This document shows positions 27,880-38,503 of a stretch of DNA of 64,000 nt, one piece after another; position 1 is the first letter of the stretch; every line of letters begins with the position of its first letter. The stretch is taken from NCBI GenBank assembly GCA_964458595.1, contig CAYWJQ010000005.1, positions 85,298 to 149,297 on the forward strand. Direction: 5' to 3'. The translations under genes and the position numbers were made by a program. Under the pieces are notes generated by a model. That model searched no databases and was not told the DNA's origin. It saw only the letters and a list, made by a program, of their open reading frames with translations. Origin of the DNA: an uncultured Thermoplasmata archaeon (GTDB lineage Archaea; Thermoplasmatota; Thermoplasmata; Halarchaeoplasmatales; Halarchaeoplasmataceae).

Positions 27880-28818
27880 TCAACCGAAGTGGTCGTAACC
27901 TCCCCCGAGTTCTTCTTTTTTCCCGTCGATCAGATACATACCCTCTTCAACTATTTCCCCCACGACGATAGGTTCTATCTTATCTATTTCAGATAGTTTG
28001 TCGGGAGATATGGTGAAGACGAGTTCGAAATCTTCGCCTCCGGACAGGGCCCATTTCATGGGATCTATACCGAGCTTCTTTCCAGTTGCTCTAGTCCTCT
28101 CAGAGATAGGTACTTTTTCTTTTTCTACCTCCGCTCCGACTCCACTTTCCTCGCAGATATGGCGGACTTCCGAGGCGAGACCGTCGCTCACGTCGATCAT
28201 CGAATTGACGTAAAGAGATAGTTCCCTTCCCGCATCCAACCTACATCGGGGCTGTAAATAATAATCTGTATATCCTTCTTCACCGGCTCTAAATAGCTCC
28301 AAGCCGGCCCAGCTCTTTCCCAGATCGCCGGTCACGCATATCAGATCGCCTACCCGGGCGCCGTCTCTAGTACAGAGCCTGTCTTTTTCAACTTTACCGA
28401 TTATCGCCACGTTTATTATCAAAAAATCGCCGTGAGTCGTGTCTCCTCCGATGATATTTAAACCGTATTCATCGGATGCCGCTTTCATCCCTTCGAAGAG
28501 GTCGTCGGCGAACGAAACTTCCGTATCATCCGGAAAGGCGATAGAGACCAAGCCCCACTCGGGCAGACCTCCCATGGCGGCGATATCCGATACGTTGACT
28601 ATGATCGACTTCCAACCGATCTGCCAAGGGCTCTGCCAGTCTAAATTGAAATGATCTTTTTCCACCAGCATGTCTGTTGTTAAAAGCGTGTATTCGTCGT
28701 CGGTATCCAACACTGCACAGTCGTCCCCGATATGTTTGTAGACTCGTTCGTCGTCGGCAAATTTCTCGCCGATCTTTTCTATCAAACCGAATTCTCCTAG
28801 GTCAGACAATTTATCCAT
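27880..28818 (-). CDS. thiL: Thiamine-monophosphate kinase
   Basis: GEFGLI, IGDDCA, NVSDIAAMGG, GGDT, DVSDGL, GGEDFEL. Confidence 0.95.
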   Translation of the reverse strand: MDKLSDLGEFGLIEKIGEKFADDERVYKHIGDDCAVLDTDDEYTLLTTDMLVEKDHFNLDWQSPWQIGWKSIIVNVSDIAAMGGLPEWGLVSIAFPDDTEVSFADDLFEGMKAASDEYGLNIIGGDTTHGDFLIINVAIIGKVEKDRLCTRDGARVGDLICVTGDLGKSWAGLELFRAGEEGYTDYYLQPRCRLDAGRELSLYVNSMIDVSDGLASEVRHICEESGVGAEVEKEKVPISERTRATGKKLGIDPMKWALSGGEDFELVFTISPDKLSEIDKIEPIVVGEIVEEGMYLIDGKKEELGGGYDHFG

Positions 28819-29452
28819 CTTTTCTCCCCTTCACATTACTTATCTTTTCCTCAAAATAACTTATCCTCTCGGAAAGATCTCCTTTCTGCGTGACGCTCGA
28901 GATAGCACAGATCATGTCAAAAGATGGTCTTAAATTTTCTATGTCCCCGGGCCCTATCCCGCCAATAGCTGCGGTGGGCACCGTGACAGAATCTGCTATA
29001 TCTGTGGCTTTTTCAATACCTAATTCCGGAGCCACATCCTCTTTTGTGGTGGTTTTATGGACTGGGCCTATAGCGATATAATGCGCCTGCTTTTCCGCCT
29101 TTTTTGCCTGCTCGACACCGTGTGTCGATATACCTATCAGAAGGTCTTCCGAGAGATCCTTGACCTTTTCGGGTGGTATATCGTCCTGTCCGAGATGGAC
29201 CCCGTCAGCGCCGCCGGCAATGGCGATATCGGGCCGATCGTTGACGACCACGAGGGCCTTTTCTTCACAGGTCTCCTTCATCTTTTTTACGTCTTCTAAT
29301 TTAGCCCTATCATTCGCGGATTTATCCCTGTACTGTATCATCTTGACCCCGTTATCGACAGCGACACGGACCTGCTCTTCCACGGATATATCCGATTTCT
29401 CATCGGTTATGTAGTAATAATTGACTTTTTTCAATAATCTCTTCTTTTTCAT
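28811..29452 (-). CDS. thiE: Thiamine-phosphate synthase
   Basis: IQYRDK, VNDR, GVHLGQDD, GISTH, T.TK, AIGGI. Confidence 0.92.
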   Translation of the reverse strand: MKKKRLLKKVNYYYITDEKSDISVEEQVRVAVDNGVKMIQYRDKSANDRAKLEDVKKMKETCEEKALVVVNDRPDIAIAGGADGVHLGQDDIPPEKVKDLSEDLLIGISTHGVEQAKKAEKQAHYIAIGPVHKTTTKEDVAPELGIEKATDIADSVTVPTAAIGGIGPGDIENLRPSFDMICAISSVTQKGDLSERISYFEEKISNVKGRKDG

Positions 29453-29514
29453 ACAACTTCTCAAAATCAGATATTGTTAATAGAGTTTTGTCCCATCTTT
29501 TAATTTCTCGAACA

Positions 29515-30456
29515 TCATCTAAGATCCTTGATCGCTCTCAACAGTTCGTCCTCTTCTACAGACTCGATCTTTTCATCTTCGAACAGAACGCTAGTTTCCC
29601 CTTCTTTCACCTCGCCGATCACTTTTCCCTTATCCAGATCGAATTCCTCGGGAACGGTCGCTAGAAGACAACCTGAGGATATCAGATTGAAAGGATCAAG
29701 GTCGAGTTTTTCACAAATCTCCACTGTCAGGCCCTTCAATTCGGGCTCTTCATTGATAACGAATTCGTTCTCGGAAGCCTGAGCCATCTCGTAGAGTCCC
29801 TGAAGTATTCCTCCTTCGGTGGGGTCGTGCATCGAACTTACTTTATCTTTGATTTCCAGCGCGTGATTTACAACACTTATATCATATCTTAGAGACTTTG
29901 CCTTTTCGACTGTGCTTTTTTCCACGCCTCTAGTCTCCAGTTCCTCACCAAAATCGGACGCCAGTATCCACGTGCCTTCTAAAGCGGCTTCGTCTATCTG
30001 GATTATCTTATCACCCGGTTCCGACCCGCAAGTGAAAACGGGCTCTTCGGTGATCCCCATCATCGTCGTAGTGACCAGCGGTTTATCTATGACGTCGATC
30101 ATCTCCGAGTGACCGCCTATTATCTCTATGTTGAGTTTCCGAGAGGCATCGTGCAGTTCATCAATCATTTCTTCCAGCTTTTCTCTAGAGTAACCTGTCG
30201 GAAGCTCGAGGGTCGGAAGAGCCCACCGCGGCGAAGCTCCGCAGACCGCTATATCGTTCGCTGCTATATTTATAGCTAACCATCCAATATTATCTACGGC
30301 GCCCGAGATAGGGTCGGAATGCGCTATCAAAAATTCGTCCTTTATCTTAAGAACCGCGGCGTCTTCTCCATAAGAAGGACCCATCACGACGCTCTCGTCC
30401 TCTATCCCTTTATCAAATATAAGTTCGTCCATCTCTTCTTTACTCAATTTAGCCAT
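29515..30456 (-). CDS. AIR synthase-related (PurM/HypE superfamily) protein
   Basis: GEDAA, DPI, NDIA, GGHSE, MHDPTEGG, ISSG. Confidence 0.85.
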   Translation of the reverse strand: MAKLSKEEMDELIFDKGIEDESVVMGPSYGEDAAVLKIKDEFLIAHSDPISGAVDNIGWLAINIAANDIAVCGASPRWALPTLELPTGYSREKLEEMIDELHDASRKLNIEIIGGHSEMIDVIDKPLVTTTMMGITEEPVFTCGSEPGDKIIQIDEAALEGTWILASDFGEELETRGVEKSTVEKAKSLRYDISVVNHALEIKDKVSSMHDPTEGGILQGLYEMAQASENEFVINEEPELKGLTVEICEKLDLDPFNLISSGCLLATVPEEFDLDKGKVIGEVKEGETSVLFEDEKIESVEEDELLRAIKDLR

Positions 30457-30468
30457 AATATCCCTTGC

Positions 30469-32952
30469 TCACATGGATATCGGTATGTTTTCCATCTCTT
30501 TTTCTACTTTCTCGGCCATCCAGTTGGCGCCGCTGCCGGAAAACGATAGGATAGCTTTTCTATAATTTTCCGCTATTCCTTCCTTATTATCTTTACTTTC
30601 CTGAAGTTTAGCCATGGAAAAGTACGCTAATCCGAGTCTATATGAAGAACCGATCCTTTGGTAAATAGATATCGCCTTGGTGAATTGTTCCTCAGCTTTT
30701 TCGGGTTTATCTGCCATCCTGTAAGCCTTGCCGAGCAGCGTGTACGCGTAGGCTTTCTCCTTTTCGTCGTCCAAATCGCCGAGAAGTTCCTTCGCCTCTT
30801 CAGCCGTTTCTATGGCCTTTTCCAACTTATTTTTTTCCAAATAACATTCGGTCAAAGATAATAGGGCGGATGATTTGAGATCCCAATAGCCGAACTTTTC
30901 CGAGGTATCGACGGCATCTTTCAAATAATCCTCCGCATTCTTCAGTTCTCTAAGTATGGTGTATAGAGCCCCTATCTCTTTAAGACCGCCTACTTTCTGA
31001 TACGTTTCTTTTATCTGCTTCCAGTGATCCAATCCTTTCTGAAAGAAGGAAACGGAATCATCCCAATCTCCGTTCAATTTCTTGATCCTGGCGAGCATGA
31101 AGTAAGCCGTCGTCAATAGAGAATGATCATCTTCGCCCAGGGCGTTCAAAGCCTCGTAGAGATTCTCCTCGGCTTCTACACGTTTTCCTCTCTCGTTCAA
31201 TAACGATCCCAACCTGAAGAAGGCTTTTCCCGTGAATTTCTTTCTCTCTGAAGCGGAGTCTATCTCGGCCGCTTTATCTACTGATTTCTTGTATTCGGAG
31301 ACCGCCTGGTCATATTCTTGTCGATTTTCTTTTGTAGAAGCTATCCCCAAGTGAGATCGAACTTCGAGGACCTTGTCTTCCACGTTTTCTATGATCTCAC
31401 GATAAGACTCTAAAGCTCGGTCGTAATCATCCACCTTGCGGGATGCTTCGGCTTTGATGAAACCTATGTGATGATCTTCGGTATTTTTTTCCGTTTCAAA
31501 TCCGTCTATCAGATCTATCACGGTTTCATAATAGCCTGAAGAAACTATCTCTTCACCGTGATCTTTCACCTTTTCCTCGAACAGACCGTATTTGTTCGCG
31601 TTCAAAAGATGATAAAGTTCTTCGAGCTTCTGGCCCGCCTTGGCCATAGGTCTTTCCATATAATATTGAGAAGCGATCTCGTGTAATCGACGCTTATCCT
31701 CCAGCCTCAAGTATTTAACGATCTCTTTTCTTACGACCTTTGGAACTCCGACCTCGTTATCGACCGTGGACTCCATCAAAGGCGTATCCAATATATTGTC
31801 GACCATCTTAGGGGTTACGGTCTCGAGCCGGGTCAGTTCCTTTTTTTTCACCGGTTCTCTGAGGATAGATAGAAGAGCTAAAGACCAAAACTCCTCTTCG
31901 GTGATGTGGTTTTCCAATACTGTCTTCAAAGAATCTATCTCTTCCTGCTCGGAGTAACTATCCCTTAAAGCATCTAAAAAATAATCCTCGTTTTTCAGCT
32001 CTACCGTATAGTGATCGTCTAAGGATATATCATCCATCTCAGGAGAAAGGGCTATAATTGAGATCGTAGTTCCCATATCTAAAGTAACGATGTCTTCTAT
32101 GATTTGAGATATCTCCTCGTTTGAATAGATATCATCGAATATCATCAAGGACTTTATCTCTTTGAGATCTTTCTCTAGATTTGTGATCAAACCTTTTCTA
32201 TCAAGTTTAGCCGTCGATTTGAGATAAGAAGAAAGTCGATGCTGACCGCATAACTCTAAAAATTCAGATATCTTATCCCACAGATGCATCGGTTCCTGCC
32301 AATCCTTCGTTTCAAAATAAAAAACGTTGTTTTTACCGTCCATCTTTTTGGCTAGTTTACTCAAAAGGGTGGTTTTGCCGCTCCCTTCTGGACCCACCAC
32401 CGCTATCAGATCCTCTACATGCTCCCAATTGTCTAAAAGGTCTTCCAATTCAGGTATCGCCCTATCGTCAGGCTCGGGCATCTCGTCGAGATAAGAATCA
32501 GTAGAACCCTGTTCATGTTCACTGTCAAGTTCGAAGATATCTTCTTCTTCAACTTTCCTGATTATATCTAGAACAGAGATATTGGTCTGAAAATAAGTGT
32601 TTATCTCCCCAATATTCATCTTTTTCTTTTCCCCTTCTAGGGAGACTTCTACTTCGGTATTTAGCATCTCGTTTCTGATATCTCTAGCCTTTTTTATCCC
32701 GCTGTCCGTGAGAAAATAGGCCTTTCTCTTCTGTTTTTTTCCCTTGATCCGGCGGGTCTCTTCTTTCATGAAACCATCTTCGACCAATTTTCTCACGGCG
32801 TAAGAAACGGTATTTTGTTTGAGACCGACACTGTCGGCGATACCTTCCTGAGTTATCTCGACCGGAAGTGAATAACCATCTTCCTTTCCGTAATAATCGA
32901 GAATATGTACTATCACTTTTTCCTTTGCGGTGAAGTTTGCATCCATATGCAA
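30469..32952 (-). CDS. Winged-helix / P-loop NTPase / TPR-repeat protein (putative regulator)
   Basis: TQEGIA...KAYFLT wHTH, GPEGSGKTT Walker A, IFDD Walker B, multiple TPR-like helices. Confidence 0.8.
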   Translation of the reverse strand: MHMDANFTAKEKVIVHILDYYGKEDGYSLPVEITQEGIADSVGLKQNTVSYAVRKLVEDGFMKEETRRIKGKKQKRKAYFLTDSGIKKARDIRNEMLNTEVEVSLEGEKKKMNIGEINTYFQTNISVLDIIRKVEEEDIFELDSEHEQGSTDSYLDEMPEPDDRAIPELEDLLDNWEHVEDLIAVVGPEGSGKTTLLSKLAKKMDGKNNVFYFETKDWQEPMHLWDKISEFLELCGQHRLSSYLKSTAKLDRKGLITNLEKDLKEIKSLMIFDDIYSNEEISQIIEDIVTLDMGTTISIIALSPEMDDISLDDHYTVELKNEDYFLDALRDSYSEQEEIDSLKTVLENHITEEEFWSLALLSILREPVKKKELTRLETVTPKMVDNILDTPLMESTVDNEVGVPKVVRKEIVKYLRLEDKRRLHEIASQYYMERPMAKAGQKLEELYHLLNANKYGLFEEKVKDHGEEIVSSGYYETVIDLIDGFETEKNTEDHHIGFIKAEASRKVDDYDRALESYREIIENVEDKVLEVRSHLGIASTKENRQEYDQAVSEYKKSVDKAAEIDSASERKKFTGKAFFRLGSLLNERGKRVEAEENLYEALNALGEDDHSLLTTAYFMLARIKKLNGDWDDSVSFFQKGLDHWKQIKETYQKVGGLKEIGALYTILRELKNAEDYLKDAVDTSEKFGYWDLKSSALLSLTECYLEKNKLEKAIETAEEAKELLGDLDDEKEKAYAYTLLGKAYRMADKPEKAEEQFTKAISIYQRIGSSYRLGLAYFSMAKLQESKDNKEGIAENYRKAILSFSGSGANWMAEKVEKEMENIPISM

Positions 32953-33052
32953 TATTGATTACGATTAAATGGTATATGTAATTTTTCGAAGATAAAGGGG
33001 TAACCGAGGAAGAACTACCCAAGATAAGATTTATTTACCGCAGTAGAAGTAG

Positions 33053-34483
33053 TTGAACAGCGTGAACGAAAAAGCGGGACTTATCGCGGAAAAGCTCCTT
33101 TCTCGAGAAAAAGTGAAGGTGGTCTCACATATAGACGCCGACGGTATATCATCGGCCAGCATAGCTTACAAAGCACTGGAAAGAGCAGATATAGAAGCCG
33201 ATGTGGATTTTATCAAGCAGTTGGACGAAAGCAGGATAAAAAAACTGAAAGATAGCGGGTTTGAATTTATATGGTTCACCGATCTCGGCAGCGGACAGCT
33301 GAAGGACTTGGGTGGACTCGACTGCGTGATAACCGATCACCACGAACCGCAGGGTGAAGCAGGCGATCCCAGTCTCGAAAAAAGAGGAAATATATTGAAT
33401 TATGGTCACTCTAACATCACGGAATTGAATCCTCACAGAAATGGGTTGGACGGCGCTAAGGAGATCTCGGGTTCCGGAACGACTTATCTCGTGGCTAAAG
33501 AGATGGACGAAAGGAATAAAGATCTGAGTAAATTGGCCGTGGTTGGAGCCGTTGGTGATCTCCAAGCTTCCGAAAAAAATAGGCTCGTCGGAAAGAACAG
33601 GGAGATCCTACAAGAAGGTATAGAGGAAGGCGTGATAGTCAAGAAAACCGAGACCACATTATATGGGTTAGAGAGCCGACCCGTCCCCAAAATATTAGAA
33701 TACGCTTCCGATCCTATCCTTCCCGGATTGACGGGAGAAGAGACCGCCTGTACCAACTTTTTGGTCGAAAACGATATCGCCCTGAAAGATGACGGAAGAT
33801 GGAGAAGGTGGTACCATCTCTCGAAAGATGAAAAGAGAAGGATACTATCCGGGCTTGCAGAAAAGATGCTGGACCGCGGATTTCCGACCGAATACGTCGA
33901 CAGTTTGATAGGAGAAGTATATATATTTCCGGAGGAGGAAAAGGGAAGCATGCTCCACGAGGCTAAAGAATTTTCTACTCTCCTGAACTCCTGCGGGAGA
34001 TACGAGAAGGGACACGTGGGGATGAGGGTCTGCCTGGGAGATAGAGACGAATATCTCAAAAAGGCGAAAGAACTATTGAAAGGACATCAAAAGATACTCG
34101 TAGATAGTCTAGATTATGTAGAGTCTATAGGGGTCGAGGAAAGAAACAATCTCCAATATTTTCACGGTGAAGACGAGATCCCCGATACCGTAGTGGGGAC
34201 CGTCGCCGGTATGGTCCTAGGGTCTGGAGACGTGGATAGAAGACTGCCGATCATAGCGTTCGCGAGGTCCGAAGAAAGAGAAGGTATAAAAGTCTCGTCG
34301 CGGGGAACGAAAAGATTGGTGGATAAAGGATTAGATCTTTCCTCCATAATGTCCGAATGCTCTGAAAAAGTGGGCGGAGAAGGCGGAGGCCACGATATCG
34401 CCGCGGGAGCGTTGATCCCACACGGTAAAGAAGAAGAATTTTTAGATGAAGTCGAAGAGATGATCGGTTCTCAGTTGGGTTGA
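33053..34483 (+). CDS. recJ: RecJ/GAN (Cdc45-like) DHH nuclease
   Basis: HIDADG, TDLGSG, DHH, GDLQ, GGGHDIAAG. Confidence 0.9.
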   Translation: MNSVNEKAGLIAEKLLSREKVKVVSHIDADGISSASIAYKALERADIEADVDFIKQLDESRIKKLKDSGFEFIWFTDLGSGQLKDLGGLDCVITDHHEPQGEAGDPSLEKRGNILNYGHSNITELNPHRNGLDGAKEISGSGTTYLVAKEMDERNKDLSKLAVVGAVGDLQASEKNRLVGKNREILQEGIEEGVIVKKTETTLYGLESRPVPKILEYASDPILPGLTGEETACTNFLVENDIALKDDGRWRRWYHLSKDEKRRILSGLAEKMLDRGFPTEYVDSLIGEVYIFPEEEKGSMLHEAKEFSTLLNSCGRYEKGHVGMRVCLGDRDEYLKKAKELLKGHQKILVDSLDYVESIGVEERNNLQYFHGEDEIPDTVVGTVAGMVLGSGDVDRRLPIIAFARSEEREGIKVSSRGTKRLVDKGLDLSSIMSECSEKVGGEGGGHDIAAGALIPHGKEEEFLDEVEEMIGSQLG

Positions 34484-34487
34484 TTGT

Positions 34488-35270
34488 TTAATTTTCTTTT
34501 CTAGCGACTGCCGCGACACTTTCATCGTCGGGCGAGTATTGACTTGACGTTTTGATACCTAAGATAAAACCGGTGAAATCGGCTTTGACTGGTTTTTCGT
34601 TCAACACCCCTATAGTTTCACCTTCTTCTATTCTATCGCCGGGCTCTTTCTTTGGTTCGAAGTGACCTTCTTCTTCAGGCGTCAGTCTTTCGTAGTGATT
34701 ATAAAAGGTAGTTTCTTCCGCCGGTTCTTTAGAGTAGTTTTCTAGCAAAAGACTGAGGACGGCATCTTTGACTCTTTCCAGTTCCTCCCTGTAACGTTCC
34801 GCTCCTCCTGCTTCGATGATCATAGATGGAATACCGAGGTCGGACGTCTCTAAGAACAACTGTCCACCGGTGCCTCCGGTCTGGACAGCGTTGTTCAAAC
34901 CGATCTTTTTACAGAGTTCTATATTATGATCCTTTCCTAGATCTGTCAGCATGTACGGAACACACCAGCTGTTCTTTCCGTAGGTATGGAGATCTATGAT
35001 TCGATCGAATGTTTTAGCTTTCTTGAAGAGCCGATGAGCTATCCGTTCGGATTTTGTACCTCCTTCATCTCCGGTAAATATCCTGTTCAGATCTTTTCCG
35101 TCTTCTGGGTTCTCTCTCTGTTTATTTTCTACCGCTGTCAGATTCACCTCGGGTATCACTTCTACGCGGTCGATATCTCTGCTCTCGACCCAGCCTTTTA
35201 TCTCTCTGGCTACTAGAACGGAACCGATCTCAGCGCCGTGGACTCCGGCGGTGATAAGTGTCTTCTTCAT
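34488..35270 (-). CDS. Succinylglutamate desuccinylase/aspartoacylase family protein
   Basis: GVHGAE, DLNR.F, IDLH, E nucleophile region. Confidence 0.85.
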   Translation of the reverse strand: MKKTLITAGVHGAEIGSVLVAREIKGWVESRDIDRVEVIPEVNLTAVENKQRENPEDGKDLNRIFTGDEGGTKSERIAHRLFKKAKTFDRIIDLHTYGKNSWCVPYMLTDLGKDHNIELCKKIGLNNAVQTGGTGGQLFLETSDLGIPSMIIEAGGAERYREELERVKDAVLSLLLENYSKEPAEETTFYNHYERLTPEEEGHFEPKKEPGDRIEEGETIGVLNEKPVKADFTGFILGIKTSSQYSPDDESVAAVARKEN

Positions 35271-35357
35271 AGTTATGGAAGAGAAAGAATACTATATTAT
35301 GGTTGGGCTTGGATCGGAAGAAATGATTTTAACCAGCCTCTTTCATTGTGGGTAAAG

Positions 35358-36986
35358 ATGATGAACGTACTCGGTGTCCACGACGGCCACGATGCGGGCG
35401 CGGCATTGATTCACGGCGAATATATCCATGCCGTGAACGAAGAACGCCTGAGCGAGGAAAAATATCACAGAGGCTTTCCGGAACGTTCGGTCAGAGAAGT
35501 GAGGAGATTATCCGGGTTGGACGCGGAAGAAATCGATATAGCGGCGGTCTCTGGGATCTACAGGAAGAAAAAGCGGCTTTTAACTCTGAAGAAAAACCTT
35601 GAGGAACTACTCGGAGATATCGAGATCGTGACCGTCCATCACCATAAAGCTCACGCGGCGGGAGCTTACTTCACCTCGGGATGGGATAGAAGTTTAGTGC
35701 TTACCATCGATGCGGCTGGAGACGGGCTCTCCTCAGGAGTCTATCTTGGAGATGATGGCGAGCTAAAAAAGATTGCTGAATCCTCTTACCTAGATTCTCT
35801 GGGAGATTTTTACGCCTCGATAACCGAGATGTTAGGTTTTATTCCGATGAGGCATGAAGGCAAAGTGATGGCCTTGGGCGCTTACTACGAGGGGAAAGAC
35901 TACCACGACTTCTCCAACTGTATCCAAGTGGATGGTTTAGGCTTCGATAATTTGCTCGAAGTCACCGGATCTGAATCGGTAAAAGAACTTTCAGAAAAAG
36001 TAGATTTTCCCTTGAATCGTAAGGAAGAATGTTCGAACGTGCTCAAAGCCGGTAAAAGAGACCATGAACTGTGGGGTAAAGCCGTGAAAATCGCAGCTTC
36101 CGCTCAGAAGCATCTCGAGGATTTGCTTGAACAATTGTGTGAGAATCTCAAAGAAGACGAGAGGATAGGAGAAGAATTCAAGCAGAACATCTGCTTTTCA
36201 GGCGGCGTAGCTCAGAACGTGAAAGCTAACAAAATTGTGAGAGAGAATTTCCAGAACACCTACATATTTCCACATATGGGTGACGGAGGACTCGCTTTGG
36301 GGGCGGCTTTAGATGTAAATCAAAGGTCAAACGACGGAGATGACTTTTGGGATTGGAAGACGAGTTCGGACAGCGTATATCTCGGTCCCAAGTTCGATCA
36401 GAATCGGATAAAGAGTCTGCTGGATGATGACGGTCTTGAGTGGAAGACGATAGAAGGGAAGGCCGATACAGCTTCCTCTTTATTGAGTGAGGGGAAAATA
36501 GTCGGTATATTCCAAGGAAAGATGGAATACGGTCCTAGAGCTCTCGGAAACAGGTCTATATTAGCCGACCCTTCGAAGCGAGAGATTAAGGAAAAACTGA
36601 ATCAAATGCTGGGTAGAGAATCTTTTCAACCTTTTTCTCCGACCATTTTGAAAGGATATGAAGACGAATATCTAAAATCTCCCGACTCGAACAAGTTCAT
36701 GACCATGTCTTTCGATATCACTGAAAAAGCCAAAAAGGATCTTGAAGCCGCTGTACATCTCGACAATACCTGCAGACCTCAGATATTGGAGAGAAAAGAT
36801 AATCCAGTCTTTTATGATCTGATAAAAGCATTTGAAGAAAAAACCGGTACTGGAGCGGTGCTAAACACGAGCTTCAATCTCCACGGCGAACCGATCGTCT
36901 GTACGCCGGAAGAAGCTTTAGATTCATTCAAAGAGATCGGACTCGATGCTCTGATTTGCGAAAATTATCTTATCAAGAAAAAATAA
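35358..36986 (+). CDS. NodU/CmcH/TobZ-type carbamoyltransferase
   Basis: HDAGA, EER, HHKAHA, DAAGD, EGKVMAL, GPRALGNRS, NTSFN.HGEPIV. Confidence 0.9.
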   Translation: MMNVLGVHDGHDAGAALIHGEYIHAVNEERLSEEKYHRGFPERSVREVRRLSGLDAEEIDIAAVSGIYRKKKRLLTLKKNLEELLGDIEIVTVHHHKAHAAGAYFTSGWDRSLVLTIDAAGDGLSSGVYLGDDGELKKIAESSYLDSLGDFYASITEMLGFIPMRHEGKVMALGAYYEGKDYHDFSNCIQVDGLGFDNLLEVTGSESVKELSEKVDFPLNRKEECSNVLKAGKRDHELWGKAVKIAASAQKHLEDLLEQLCENLKEDERIGEEFKQNICFSGGVAQNVKANKIVRENFQNTYIFPHMGDGGLALGAALDVNQRSNDGDDFWDWKTSSDSVYLGPKFDQNRIKSLLDDDGLEWKTIEGKADTASSLLSEGKIVGIFQGKMEYGPRALGNRSILADPSKREIKEKLNQMLGRESFQPFSPTILKGYEDEYLKSPDSNKFMTMSFDITEKAKKDLEAAVHLDNTCRPQILERKDNPVFYDLIKAFEEKTGTGAVLNTSFNLHGEPIVCTPEEALDSFKEIGLDALICENYLIKKK

Positions 36987-37044
36987 GAGATGAATAAAAA
37001 AACATATATGTTATAAACCCATAAAACTTCGTAGAGGGTGGATC

Positions 37045-37809
37045 ATGACCGAAAAGGAAAGCAAATTCAAGGGGTTAAGAAAGTTCAATGCGTTTATGGC
37101 CGTTTTACATTTTATACAGGGAGCTTTGATGGTATATCTGAGTACGGATTTCGCCATCTCGATTACCAGTTCATACATGGCGGGACCGCCGGGCACTGAA
37201 GAAACCGCTACAGTCGTACTTTTCGATGTACCGGTAGGACTGGCAGTCGCCGGTTTTCTCTTCATCTCCGCTATAGCCCATTTCTCACTGTCAACTTTCG
37301 CATACGATTGGTATAAGAGGAATCTCAAGAACCACATAAACAAAGCCAGATGGGTAGAATATTTCTTCAGCAGCTCTCTGATGATAGTCATAATAGCGAT
37401 GCTCGTTGGCTTCACTGATATAGGCGTACTTATCGCTTTATTCCTGGTGAACGGTTCGATGATACTGTTCGGATGGCTGATGGAAGCCTACAACCAGAAT
37501 ACTGAAAAAACCGTGTGGTCACCTTTCATATTCGGATGTATAGCAGGGGCGGCTCCATGGATAGCTATCGCTATCAGACTTTTCACGGCGATCTCAGAAT
37601 CCCCGGTAGAGGTGCCTAGTTTCGTTATATGGATATTCGTCTCTCTGTTCATATTCTTCAATATATTCGCCCTAAACCAGTTACTGCAGTACAAGAAAGT
37701 GTGGAAATGGGAAGACTATCTCTACGGCGAGAAGATGTACATCGTGTTGAGTTTGGTTGCGAAATCGGCATTGGCCTGGCAAGTTTTCTCCGGAACTTTA
37801 GTGGGATAA
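37045..37809 (+). CDS. Heliorhodopsin
   Basis: N..M..LH..Q, AHF, RWVEY..SSS, and LSLVAKS.LAW with the retinal-binding Lys; GAGGGTGG SD-like site upstream. Confidence 0.93.
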   Translation: MTEKESKFKGLRKFNAFMAVLHFIQGALMVYLSTDFAISITSSYMAGPPGTEETATVVLFDVPVGLAVAGFLFISAIAHFSLSTFAYDWYKRNLKNHINKARWVEYFFSSSLMIVIIAMLVGFTDIGVLIALFLVNGSMILFGWLMEAYNQNTEKTVWSPFIFGCIAGAAPWIAIAIRLFTAISESPVEVPSFVIWIFVSLFIFFNIFALNQLLQYKKVWKWEDYLYGEKMYIVLSLVAKSALAWQVFSGTLVG

Positions 37810-37811
37810 AA

Positions 37812-38490
37812 TCACTTCTTTCCTTCTATCTCTTTTTTCAACCTGTCAAAAAAAGTTTCCATGAATTTTTGTCTTTCCTCGGCGATCTCTTTAGCATTCT
37901 GGGTATGAAGATTAGAGACTATCTTTTTGAGTTTCATCTCGTACTCGAGATTCGGTGCGTGTTTCCGTATTTCTTTCACTCTCCCGTTTTCTTTAATATT
38001 TTCTTCAGCATATCTTTCTAGATCGATATCTCGATACAGCACTTCTTCATACTCTCCGGCCAGCATGAAAGCCCTAGCTATCCCAACAGCTCCCACAGCA
38101 TCCAACTTATCCGCATCAGAGAGTATCTTCGCCTCTTCGGTCTCGGGTTTTTTATCAGATTTGAACCTGTGCGTCTCGATACAGTGCTTTATCTTTTCTA
38201 TCTTTTCTTCTTCGTAACCTTCCTTTTTCAAAACATCCTCTGCCATCTCCGCCCCCCAAAATAGCGTGATCTATCTCACCGGTCTCATCCTCGTCCTCCT
38301 TCACTCTTGCGATATCGTGAAGCAAAGCCGATGGGAAAAGGACATCTCTATCCACATCATCATCTGAAATCTCTTTAGCCAATCTATAGACTCTCTCGGT
38401 ATGACTCACGCCGTGAGAAGAAGTCGATAATTTTCCCCTAGCTTTTTTCCAGACATCTTCGTATCTCTCTTCTATCTCCATCCGCATCAC
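37812..38490 (-). pseudogene. HD-domain phosphohydrolase split by a 1-nt frameshift in a G6 run
   Basis: HG..H..RV, LLHDI, DHA in frame 1; THR, DADKLDA.GA.GIAR in frame 2; removing one C at 38252-38257 restores AILGAEMAE. Confidence 0.85.
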
Positions 38491-38503
38491 GTGATGATCG
38501 GTT

